A stretch of 64,000 nucleotides of DNA, taken from Phaeosaccion multiseriatum (lineage: Eukaryota; Protista; Ochrophyta, other classes). The DNA lies in assembly GCA_965112735.1 (NCBI GenBank), contig OZ218950.1:558001-622000 (forward strand), written 5' to 3'. Below, in pieces: positions 50,951 to 61,300 of this stretch; position 1 is the first letter of the stretch; each line of letters starts with the position of its first letter. The position numbers and the translations under genes were made by a program. The notes under the pieces were generated by a model. The model was given only the letters and a program-made list of their open reading frames with translations. It searched no databases and was not told the origin of the DNA.

Positions 50951-53240
50951 CTACTCTTCCGGCTGCCCATCTGCTGCTATTGCCGCTGTATCACCAACTG
51001 CTGTGTCACCACCACTGGCGAGGGCGGCCTTGTGATCATGGAGGTGTATAACGGCCTTCCCGTCGTCCACGTGTCCCTTCATCAGACAAATTACCTCCCC
51101 ATGCGGCCACGTGTTGCTCAGACCGGCCACCAGCTGGGGCAGGATGGGATGGCAGTGGATGGGGATGGAGGGGGGGGGGGGGGCACAACAACGGGGGTTC
51201 GGAGAGGGGCGGGGGGGAAGGGGCGAAGGAGAAAGAGGGTGAGTGCTTTCACTTCGAGGTGGAAGAGAAGGACATGGAGGGAGAGAGAGAGAGTTATCCC
51301 TCCATCATACAACTGCCGACGGCTTAGCGCTAAGCAGGTGGTGATACATAGCATATGCATAGTAGTTGGTGATACATTACATGCGCTAACATGAGTCTAC
51401 CCAGGCTTAAGAAAGACTACATACCTCGCCAAGGAAGGAGCGCAGCGCGGCCCCGCACGTACTTCCCGCGGGCCATCCACTGCCATCCCCCTCCCCCTTC
51501 TCCGCCTCCTCCTCCTCCTCCTCCTCCTCCTCCTCCTCCTCCTCCTCCTCCTCCTCCTCCTCCTCCTCCTCCTCCTCCTCCTCCTCCCACTGCCTCTACC
51601 CCTCCTCCTACGGCTCCTGCTGCTGCTACTACCCCATTCGCATTCGCCACCGACGTAGACGCGGATGTCCGGTTGGCTTTCAAGGCTGCCGCCTTCAAAC
51701 CCCCTCCTCCTTTCTTGCTGGGCTGTTTCTGACTGCGGTAGATGGCAGCCGATGTGCGCACGAGCCCCTCGAGCCATTGGTGCTCCAAGAGGTGGGCTTC
51801 AGAGAACTCCGCGAGGGTCTGAATGTCTTCGGTAGCCTCGCCGTCCTGGAGGGAGGGAGGGATGGAGGAGGGGGAGGAGGAGGAGGAGGAGGAGGAGGAG
51901 GAGGAGGAGGAGGAGGAGGAGGAGGAGGAGGAGGAGGAGGAGGAGGAGGAGGAGGAGGAGGAGGAGGAGGAGGAGGAGGAGGAGGAGGAGGAGGAGGAGG
52001 AGGAGGAGGAGGAGGAGGAGGAGGAGGAGGAGGAGGAGGAGGAGGAGGAGGAGGAGGAGGAGGAGGAGGAGGAGGAGGAGGAGGAGGAGGAGGAGGAGGA
52101 GGAGGAGGAGGAGGAGGAGGAGGAGGAGGAGGAGGAGGAGGAGGAGGAGGAGGAGGAGGAGGAGGAGGAGGAGGAGGAGGAGGAGGAGGAGGAGGAATGC
52201 GCGTGTAAAAGTGAGAGATTGGCGTTCGTGCGTGCGTGCGTGCGTGCGTGCGTGCGTGGGTCCTGACCTTGTTCATGACTGCGATGAAGACCCTCTCTAG
52301 CTCATTGGCAAGCTGCTTGGGGGCCTCGGGACACACACACTGCGTGAACAGCAGGTACTGGGGGGGGTATGGCAGTGGATGGGGAGGAGGAGCAGCAGGA
52401 GGAGGAGCAGCAGTTGGTTATAGAGCTGAGTGGAAACATACATCCCCTTTCCTTCCTTCCATCCTTCCTACCTTCCTTCCTTCCTTCCATCCTTCCTTCC
52501 TTCCTTCCTTCCTTCCTTCCTTCCTTCCTTCCTTTCTTTCTTCTGTCACTTGCTCCCGACCATTTGGTGTGCTCCCATCCACTGCCATCCCTCCCCTTGT
52601 CCACCCCTCTCCCTCCCTCCCTCCCCCCCTCTCTCCCCACCCTTCCTTCTCCCTCACCTGCTCGCGACTCAATTGATATGCCCCGGACACCGGCTCGCCC
52701 GTAGTGCCCCCTAAGCTCACAAAGTGATCAAAGGTACTTAAAATCATCTTGAACGAAGCCCTCAGCACCCCCTCCACCTCCATGGACTCCTCCTCCACGG
52801 TTGCCTCTCCACTCGAGACGCGCTTGTTGCCCGACGCCACGAACCTCCACCACCGATCGTGCATCAACACCCGGGACCAGGTCACTGTGAAACGGTGGGC
52901 CATGACCCCGTCGGCTCGGTTATACACGTCACCCGCGCCTCTCTTGCACCCTCCTCCTCCTCCTCCTCCTCCTGCTGCTGCTGCTGCTTGTGCTGTTGTA
53001 TCGCCAACTGCAGCATATCACTAGGTGCCCCTCTGGAGGTGATGCTGTTGCTGGAGGAGTTATGAGCCGTGGCCTTGCGTTCCAAACCCTTCCCAGGGGG
53101 CCCTCTTACGCCGCCGTTTGTGACACTAGGACCACTGCAAGTGGTGGTCACGTTGTTGTTCTTGCTCGTGTTGGTGATACTCCCACGCCGCAGCAGACCC
53201 CCTGTACCATCACTACCCGCCCCTGCTCGTCCGTACATGA
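50951..53240 (-). pseudogene. Probable truncated or frameshifted multi-exon gene remnant, unknown product
   Basis: Spliceable protein-like exons (YNRADGVMAHRFTVTWSRVLMHDRWWRFV; CPEAPKQLANELERVFIAVMNK; TLAEFSEAHLLEHQWLEGLVR), but there is a frame discontinuity near 52930-53030 and no clear 5' part. A partial second copy lies at 62851-63140. Confidence 0.45.
51873..52196. repeat. Perfect (GGA)n tract of about 320 bp
   Basis: Directly visible. Confidence 0.97.
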
Positions 53241-55179
53241 GGCCATCCAAGGCCAGCTCCCATGGTCTGTTTGGGTCTCCTCCTCCTGCGATACCCAAGC
53301 CGCCCCCCCCCACTGCTTCGAGACCGCTCCTGGGAGGGGGGTGAACTTCAATCGGCCGTCTCTCTTCCCAGGGGGGCACGACAAAGCCGACGAAGGGGCA
53401 GGGAGGGGGGCGTGGCGCTCCCTCCCCACTCTCTCTACTGTCTCTCTTGTTGTGATGAGAGGAAGTCAGAGTGATAGAAGGAGCGCAGCGCGGCCCCGCA
53501 CGTACTTCCCGCGGGCCATCCGCTGCCATCTCCCTCCCCCTCCTCCTCCCCCTCCTCCCCCGCCCCTGTGTCCATGGTCTATCCCCCCTCAGCAACGCCC
53601 ACACGGGCGAGGGATTCGAATGAACAACAGCGGGTCTATGGATGATTCAGGGATTAGTAGCAGCTCCTCGCACTCTCAGGAGGATGCTGGTGCCGGGCCC
53701 GTGCTGGGGGTGCTGACTCGGAGTGAGCCCCTACCTCGCGCGAACGAAACCTTGAGCCCTCATTTACACTCTTGTTTGTAAAGGAATTCACCACTGCACG
53801 TAGAAATACATCAAAATTCACACACAGTACGTTCATAAGCCCCCAAGTCACAGTTACTCGGCCCCTTCCACAGCAGTGAAGCGGTGTGGGTGGCGACTGT
53901 TTTCATCAAGGTCCATCACGTGTATTGACTTACTCCACTCTTCACACCCACTGTACGAACCAAGCCTCAAGCTTCACCACGGCGAAGAAAACGGTGAGGC
54001 GGACGGAAGGCCATCGGGTCACTAAATCCCAAGTCCCGAGGTATCAGCAGCAGGGCCCTCCACACGCACGCACGCTCGCAGCGCCTTCCGTCCGCGCCTC
54101 TTCTTCTCACTCGCCGTCACCATGCTCTCCTCCAGCACCGCCCACTCCTCCTTCAGCTTGTCGCCATCATCATCCTCCCCTACTCCTCCTGAGCGATAGC
54201 GGTGGTAGGCAGACACAAAGCCTCGGATCGTGCTCTCCAGGCTCGCCCCCTTCCTCTTTGTGCGCACAGCGAGGTGGGGCAGCAGCAACACTTTACTCGG
54301 GCCCACAGCCACCACCACGCCATTCGATAGCTCCCTGCCCCGACGACCGCAGAAGGCCGTGGCAGCATCAGCCCCGCCATCTTCCAGCCCTCTCCACAGG
54401 CCACACGGCAGTTGAATCTCGTCCCCGACATGAAGCCCCAGCCCCGCAAGCAAACCCACCCCATTCCCATCCTCCAGTGCCTCCTTCCTCTCCTCCCCTC
54501 CCCCAGGCATTGAAGGGGCGCATTTTGCCCTCTTGCTTCCTCTCCCATTGATGTCCTCCGCAGCTCCTCGCTTGGGCACAGGCGTACAACGGGCAATCTC
54601 CTCCTTCTGCTCCGCTCCCTCCCTCTTCACTCGTGCATGCCTCTTGCACATCCCACCTTGCTGCCGTTGCTTGTCGCACCCCTCAACAGTACACCTCTTC
54701 ACCACAGCCCCGTGGGCCAGGCAAAGTCCTCCCTGTCGCGACTGCTTCTCGCACCCCTCAACAGTACACCTCTTCACCACAGCCCCGTGGGCCAGGCAAA
54801 GCCCTCCCTGCTGCGACTGCTTCTCGCACCCCTCAACAGTACACCTCTTAACGACAGCTCCATGGCCCTGGCAAAGTCCTCCTTGGATCCGCTGCTTGTC
54901 GCACCCCTCAACAGTACACCCCTTCACCACAGCCCCGTGGGCCAGGCAAAGTCCCCCCTGTTGCGATTGCTTGTCGCACCCCTCAACAGTACACCTTTTC
55001 GGTACCACCACAGCCCCGTGGGCCACGCAAAATCCTCCTTGGACCCGATGCTTGTCGCACCCCTCAACAGTACACCTCTTCACCACAGCCCCGTGGGCCA
55101 GGCAAAGTCCTCCTTGGATCCGCTGCTTGTCGCACCCCTAGCACCCCCCTTCTTTTTTTCTGCTTAAGACAGGGCCACC

Positions 55180-56625
55180 ATGGAAGGGGACGACAGGGGG
55201 GCCACGCGGCCCCCCGGAGCCCAGGAGACACCAGCAAACCTCACAGCAACCCAGCAGGAGCCACCTATGAGCCGCGATCAGCAGCGGCTCGAAAGAAGGG
55301 AGAGACGGGCAGCGGCAGCAGCAATTCGCCAAACACCAGCACGGGAAGGCGTGCCCACCCCCATCACGGCTCCACCAGCGGCCGCAGCACCCCGCAACAC
55401 CCTCCCGCAGGACCCACAGCTCCCACCAGCACTCACGGAACCCACAGCAACAGCAGCGGAAGCCCACCCCCAGCAGCAGCAACCACAACCGATCTCAACG
55501 ACACGGCAACAAACAGCACCAGCCGCCAGGAGATCTACCACGCCCGCCAGCGAGACGACAGGCCCTACAACAGCACCACCCCCCACAGCGACCAGCCCAG
55601 CACCCATGCAGCCAACCACGAGGCCAAGGGGACGAAGCAGGACCCCCCGAGCACGCAGCCCGGAAAGGCCAACCGCCACTTTCCGAGCCTCAGATCCAGC
55701 CCAAACCACCAACGCGTCAACTCACAGAAACGCACACGGGATCACAGAGCAAATCGTCTCCATCCTCCAAGACGAATACGAAGACACCCACCTCACAGCC
55801 ACGACCCCCATACGGCAACACCCGAACCTCTTCTTCAACGAACAAGCGCCAGCATCCGCCAGCCGACGCATCAGCGCTGAGTTCGCAAGCCTAAACCTCA
55901 CCGCGACGGAACTGACCCACCACAACACGGCCGAGGCCATCGCCGACCTCGTACGACCACCCCCCACGACGCACGAGGAAGAGACAGCATCACTCGAAAC
56001 AGACACGCATGGACACGCACCAACGACATGGAGCAACACCATACGCCACCAGCGCGACGCGGCGCTCCCGCCTACCAACTCGCACTTCTATATGCCCCTC
56101 CTCAGACAAGCTCTAAGGAGCGGAGGCCCCCCCACCACCCCCGGAAGACCACATGGGGGAGGAGATTACCCCCTTGGATGGCAACAGATCGTAGAGGCCT
56201 ATGCCCACACGCTCGCAGGCCAAGAGATCACCTCCAACGAGTTGGTCAACGACTACATCACCGCCTCACGACAGGAGGAACTCATCGCGGTATTACCCGA
56301 CGTCCAAGCCATCGTTGAGCGCTACGGCCACGCCCTACGCGACCACACCAACAACACCACCACCTCCCCCTTCGCCAACACCATGGCCACACCGTGGTGG
56401 GCGCCGGGGCAAGCCCTCGCCTTACGCACGAGGCAGGCCCCCCGGGGAACCGCACCAGGACCGCCACCACCCCCGCCCAAAGCGACGCAACCACACCCAG
56501 CCCACCAACACCGGAGGACAACCCCACCAACGCCCGAGTGTACCGAAGACACCCCGACAATGGAAACATTCAAGGGGGCATCCTCTGCAACTTTGGCGAA
56601 TGCCACGACACTTTCGTCACGGTAG
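55180..56625 (+). CDS. Retrotransposon protein, N-terminal segment (P/T/A-rich, then helical); probably continues into the next ORF through a -1 shift
   Basis: 481-aa ORF starting 40 nt inside the element and overlapping the next ORF. Confidence 0.7.
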   Translation: MEGDDRGATRPPGAQETPANLTATQQEPPMSRDQQRLERRERRAAAAAIRQTPAREGVPTPITAPPAAAAPRNTLPQDPQLPPALTEPTATAAEAHPQQQQPQPISTTRQQTAPAARRSTTPASETTGPTTAPPPTATSPAPMQPTTRPRGRSRTPRARSPERPTATFRASDPAQTTNASTHRNAHGITEQIVSILQDEYEDTHLTATTPIRQHPNLFFNEQAPASASRRISAEFASLNLTATELTHHNTAEAIADLVRPPPTTHEEETASLETDTHGHAPTTWSNTIRHQRDAALPPTNSHFYMPLLRQALRSGGPPTTPGRPHGGGDYPLGWQQIVEAYAHTLAGQEITSNELVNDYITASRQEELIAVLPDVQAIVERYGHALRDHTNNTTTSPFANTMATPWWAPGQALALRTRQAPRGTAPGPPPPPPKATQPHPAHQHRRTTPPTPECTEDTPTMETFKGASSATLANATTLSSR

Positions 56626-58340
56626 GCAACACCAGAGACCGCCTCATCAGGCACCAGTCGAGCCACCACCCGAACCGCGGCAGAGAGTGGGACCGATGGA
56701 TGCGCGAACACCACCCCCAGGCCGCGTCAATCCTGTGGTACCGCACCAACGGCCCACAGAGCGGACCACAGAATAATACGTACCAGCTCCGGGACTGCAC
56801 AAGTGGATGCGGCAACCTGGCCCACCGAAACTCCGGCAGATCCTTCCTTACCCGCTTCCCGCAATCAGGCCTACGACAACCCCTATGCAACGCCTGCATA
56901 CGAGCACACGAAGCCGCAAGCCTACCAGCACCACCAACCATCCAACGAGCTCGAAGCATGCCCCCACCGACAAGAGCAGGTGGGACAGACACTACACGAG
57001 AGCACGACCAGGAGGGAGGAGGGAGAGGAGAGCGAACGGGACACAGGGCAGGGGGACGAGGAGACCGCGAAGGAAGAGTAGTAGCAGGGGGGGAAGAGGG
57101 CGAACACAGCAGAGGCGGAGGAGAGCGCCCAGCACTGGCACGGGAAGCAGCGGCAGAAGGAGGGGAAGGGCAAGCAGCGGGAGGAGGTGACGAAGGAGAA
57201 GGAGGAGGCGACCCCACCAACAACGAGGAGCTACCCAACTGCCCGGTGTGTATGGAACCGCTCACTGGCCAAGCACAAGTCGCCATGCACGAAGACGAAC
57301 ATCACGTGCACAACCACTGCGCATTGGGAGTCATGAGCAGGTACCCCAACCGCAACGACCACCTCTGCCCCTACTGCCGCAACCCCTGCTACCGGCACAC
57401 GATCGAGCAGGCCATCACAGCACAAGGAGGGAGAGCTATGGGCCGCGCAAGGGATCGCCTAGCGAGGGAGCGCAGAGAGTCGCATCAGCAGCACGCGCAG
57501 GCCAGCCAAGGGCGACGCCGCCAGTCCCAGCCACCCCCCACCACCCGACACACACCCCCACCCCAACCTACCGCCCCCCCAGCCCCGATATGCTGCATAT
57601 GCATGTCAGACGCGGACCCCCCTTTCATCGCACCAACCACGGAGTGGCCAGTACGCACCCGACGCTGCCAACACACCGTTCACCCCGCGTGCCTCCTTCA
57701 CCACCTGAACGACCAAGCCACACTGAGGAGAGCCAACCAGCAGCCCGTCATACCACCAGGCAACCTCCCCTGCCCCGCGCAAGGCTGCATGGCTGGCTAC
57801 CAAGCTCAACGAGCCATCCCCGCCCTCAGGACCATCCTCACCCAAGGCAACGCAGCATCGGCCTACCAAGGCCCCCTCAACGACCTCGAGAACGCCTATC
57901 TAGGCCCAGACCCAAACGAGGACCCGTCGCGTACGGCAACGCCCCAGCACACGACAGCAACGGCCAGGCTCAACCCGTACCAACCCACCACCCCCACGGG
58001 CAGAGGAGGAGGGCGAGGGCACGCGGAAGAAGGAGGAGGAGGAGGAGGAGGCGCAATCGCAGCAGCGCCAAGTGGAGTAGAAGGAGGAAGAGGAGGACGA
58101 GGGAGGGGGAAGGAAACGGACAAGGAGCAGCAGCAGAGAGGGGACCTCAGAGAGAAAGGGCAGGGGGAGATAGCACACGCACGCAAGGAACCACAGCAGC
58201 AGCAGCGAGACGAGGGGGAGGAGGACGGAGCAGAGGCCAAGGAGGTAGCGGCGGGGACGGAGGGGACGGAGAAGGGCCAGCCAACGACGATACACCCGAG
58301 GAAGGATGGCCCATGCAGCACCCAAACGTCCTCCGCCTAG
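56394..58340 (+). CDS. Retrotransposon protein, middle segment: C2H2 finger, C4-type finger and two RING-type fingers
   Basis: CNFGEC...LIRHQSSHH; CTSGC...CNAC; CPVC...HHVHNHC...CPYCR (~57240-57380); CCIC...CQHTVHPAC...CPAQGC (~57590-57790). Confidence 0.8.
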   Translation: MVGAGASPRLTHEAGPPGNRTRTATTPAQSDATTPSPPTPEDNPTNARVYRRHPDNGNIQGGILCNFGECHDTFVTVGNTRDRLIRHQSSHHPNRGREWDRWMREHHPQAASILWYRTNGPQSGPQNNTYQLRDCTSGCGNLAHRNSGRSFLTRFPQSGLRQPLCNACIRAHEAASLPAPPTIQRARSMPPPTRAGGTDTTREHDQEGGGRGERTGHRAGGRGDREGRVVAGGEEGEHSRGGGERPALAREAAAEGGEGQAAGGGDEGEGGGDPTNNEELPNCPVCMEPLTGQAQVAMHEDEHHVHNHCALGVMSRYPNRNDHLCPYCRNPCYRHTIEQAITAQGGRAMGRARDRLARERRESHQQHAQASQGRRRQSQPPPTTRHTPPPQPTAPPAPICCICMSDADPPFIAPTTEWPVRTRRCQHTVHPACLLHHLNDQATLRRANQQPVIPPGNLPCPAQGCMAGYQAQRAIPALRTILTQGNAASAYQGPLNDLENAYLGPDPNEDPSRTATPQHTTATARLNPYQPTTPTGRGGGRGHAEEGGGGGGGAIAAAPSGVEGGRGGRGRGKETDKEQQQRGDLREKGQGEIAHARKEPQQQQRDEGEEDGAEAKEVAAGTEGTEKGQPTTIHPRKDGPCSTQTSSA

Positions 58341-61300
58341 GGGCCCTGGACCCGCAGGGTACCATCCTCTCAACACTCGTGTTTGAGACAGTAGCGCAGT
58401 GCAACCCCCGCCACGTCAGCTCGATTATCAGCTTACAGCAAAGAGCGCTCAACAACTGGAACAGGGCGCTGAGGGCCCACAAGAACGGCCCCACCGACGC
58501 CACCCTCCACACCCTTCTGGCATGGGATGTCTTCCACCACCTCCTCCCTGCCATGCTCTTCTCTAAAGACGGAGCCTACAGCCGCCAGCAGCGGATACAG
58601 ATGGTCCTCGACCTCGACATCGCCCCACTCGCACAAGCAGCGATAGCCACAGCACACGCACGCCGCCCACCACCCCCAGCACAGGCACAGACAGAGGAGC
58701 GACGGAGAGAAACCTGCGCCCACCTGCTCACCAAACCCGGAGGCCTGCACAAGGCCGCGGCGAGGCTCAGCACAAAGAGCAGAGACGGCCACCTCCCTCC
58801 CACACACGAGACCTTTAGACGCCTCCAGCAAGCGCACGTCGACGAGAGCCTCGAAGAGATCAACACAGCAGCAGCAGCAGCCAGGGAGTACGCCAGAACC
58901 CAGGTGCAGGAGCACCCCGAGAATGGCAACGACGTCACCAGAGAGGAGATCAGCACAGCCATGCTGCTGACCTACCGGAGGGTCAACTTCTGGAAGGGCC
59001 AAGGAGCAGACGGGCGCAGGGCGAGCCACGTCAAGTACCCCCCGGACAGCCCCCAGGAGTACGCAATCGTGGAGGCTCTGACTGACACCTACGAGCTGCT
59101 CCGAACGGGGGACACTCCACTGCCTCCACAGCTCGCCAAACGGTGGTTCAGCACCAGCGCCGCAGCCCTCGGCGAGAAAGCGCGTCCTGTGACATCCCCC
59201 AACCTCTACCGCAGCCTCGTGGAGAGCTGTCACATGAAGCTCATCGCGGACAGGGTGGGCCCAGAGCTCAGAAGCGCAGGACAGCTAGCGGTAGCGGTCA
59301 GAGGCGGAGGGGAAACACACGCCGCAGCAGCCCAGCTAGCGCACGATGCCGGCAAAACCGTCGTGCTGCATGACATCACCAAGGCCTACACCCGCGTGTC
59401 GCGTGCCAGAGGCGTCCTAGCCTCAGGAGCACTCCCTACCATCGACCCAGCAGGCATCAACTACGCCATCGCCAGCCTCTCCCACGCCTCCGCCCACAAC
59501 GCCCTCACACCAGACGGCACCCAGACCATCCACCAGAGCTCCGGAGTCAACCAAGGAGCACCAGAAGGGCCTCTCATGTTCGCAGCCGCCATCCACCCAG
59601 TGCTGAAAGTTCAGAACACAGCCGACACCGCAGCGAACCGCCCCACCATCTCCGCCTACGCAGACGACCTCATGGACCAGCTGGAACCCGACGCACCCCT
59701 AGAGACCTACGCCCCACGACATGCCCATCTCCAAGCCCAATTCCGAGGCTTGGGCCTCGAGTTCAACGAGAGGAAAACGGTTTACCTCATGGGCAAAGGC
59801 AAGCAGCCAACACAGGCTGACAGGGACCACGCCCAACGGCAGGGCGCCACACTAGCCACCGAGGGTACCGTGGTAGCCGGCATCCCCGTCGGCACGGAGG
59901 AGTACATCGAAGAGTACCTCCGCAACATCCTCGGCCAAGAAGACCCCAGGGGCTACCTCCAACTCGCCAAACACTGCAGCGAGTGGGACAACACCCAGGC
60001 GGCCACCCTCGTCCTCCTCCAATGCCTCCCAGCCAGGCTCACACACCTGGCGAGAGCCATTGACCCCTCCATCTTCCGACGCGCCCTCGGCAGCAGGGCA
60101 GACCGCACCAACAGGGCGACACTGGCCCACATCATGCGACTCCCCGATGCCCCCCCTCTGGAGCAGGCCGCAGATGCACAAGAGGAGCCATGGACGGAGA
60201 CACAGCGCCTACAAATGCATACGGCACGGCGCTCCGGCGGCCTCGGCCTCACCAGCCTCCATGACATCGCCCCAGCAGCATACCTTGGCAACAAGATGCT
60301 CACCCTCCCCCCCCTGCTCAGCCGCACCGCACGCCGGGAAGGCTCCCAAGAGAGCGCCCTACCGGACCAGCTGTTCACCAACGGAGCCCTCAAGAGCGTC
60401 GCCGACAGCGTCAACCTCCTGCACGAGGAGGGGGTCCCTGAGGCCCCCCTCATCCAAGCAGTGGGTCAGGCACAGTTCGACGAGGCCCGCTCACGCGTAC
60501 TCGAGCCGCCTGACCACCAAGCCCAAGACACAGCGCGACGCAACGTGCGCAGGAGCCATCAGGCAGGCCGTCAACCGACCCACGGCGTCCAGAAGGCCCT
60601 CACCACCTTCATCCACAAACGCCGCCATGAGGAGCTGACGCAGAGCATCGCCACCATCGACGTCACACCGGCAGAGGCACAGAGGGGAGAGGAGACACAG
60701 GAAATGGCAACAGCCCGACTCCACTCACAGCGAGGAAGGGGCGCCATGGCCTTCCTCGGAGCGCTCCCCCACGGCCACAACACCATGGCCCCCGCAGAAT
60801 GGACCATGGCCCTTCGTCGCAACCTCGGTGTCAACACGCCATACGCGGACCCGCCCCCACCCTGCCTCGGCACAGGCTGCGCCCGCACGGCAAGCACCAC
60901 CCACGCCACCATCTGCCCCCGCACCGGCCTCCACAACCACACACACCACCTCCTCGTCAAGGCCTTCGGGAGGATGATGCACAGCGTGGGCATTGGAGGA
61001 GCACGCGTAGAGGACCAGACCTGCTTCGACGGCCCCACGGGCACCCGAGCAGGCCGAGACCTACGCATGGATCTGACCTATCCCGCAGGTAGCTTCCCGG
61101 GAGCGGACGCACCCCTGCGGAGAAACCTCCTCTGCGACATCACCGTCACCAACCCCACCGCCCCCACCCACGTGGGACGGGCCTCCACCACGCCAGGCCA
61201 CGCAGCAGCCGCCGCCGAAGAGCGCAAGCGCACGCACTACCTGGGCAGTTTTCTGCCCGGGACTTCAACCCTCAAGTGCATTGCGATCGAGACGTACGGC

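Noticed and set aside
51695-52336. Poly-Pro, poly-Gly and poly-Glu ORFs
   Set aside because: They are translations of a probably intronic (GGA)n microsatellite.
49868-55167. Plus-strand repetitive ORFs (FSHPSTVHLFTTAPW..., LLAPLNSTPLHH...)
   Set aside because: These are antisense shadows of the minus-strand zinc-finger arrays.
57248-58090. N-terminal ~280 aa of the 1437-aa RT ORF as real protein
   Set aside because: It is an alternative frame of the RING-encoding ORF. The RT frame only becomes protein-like after about 58100.
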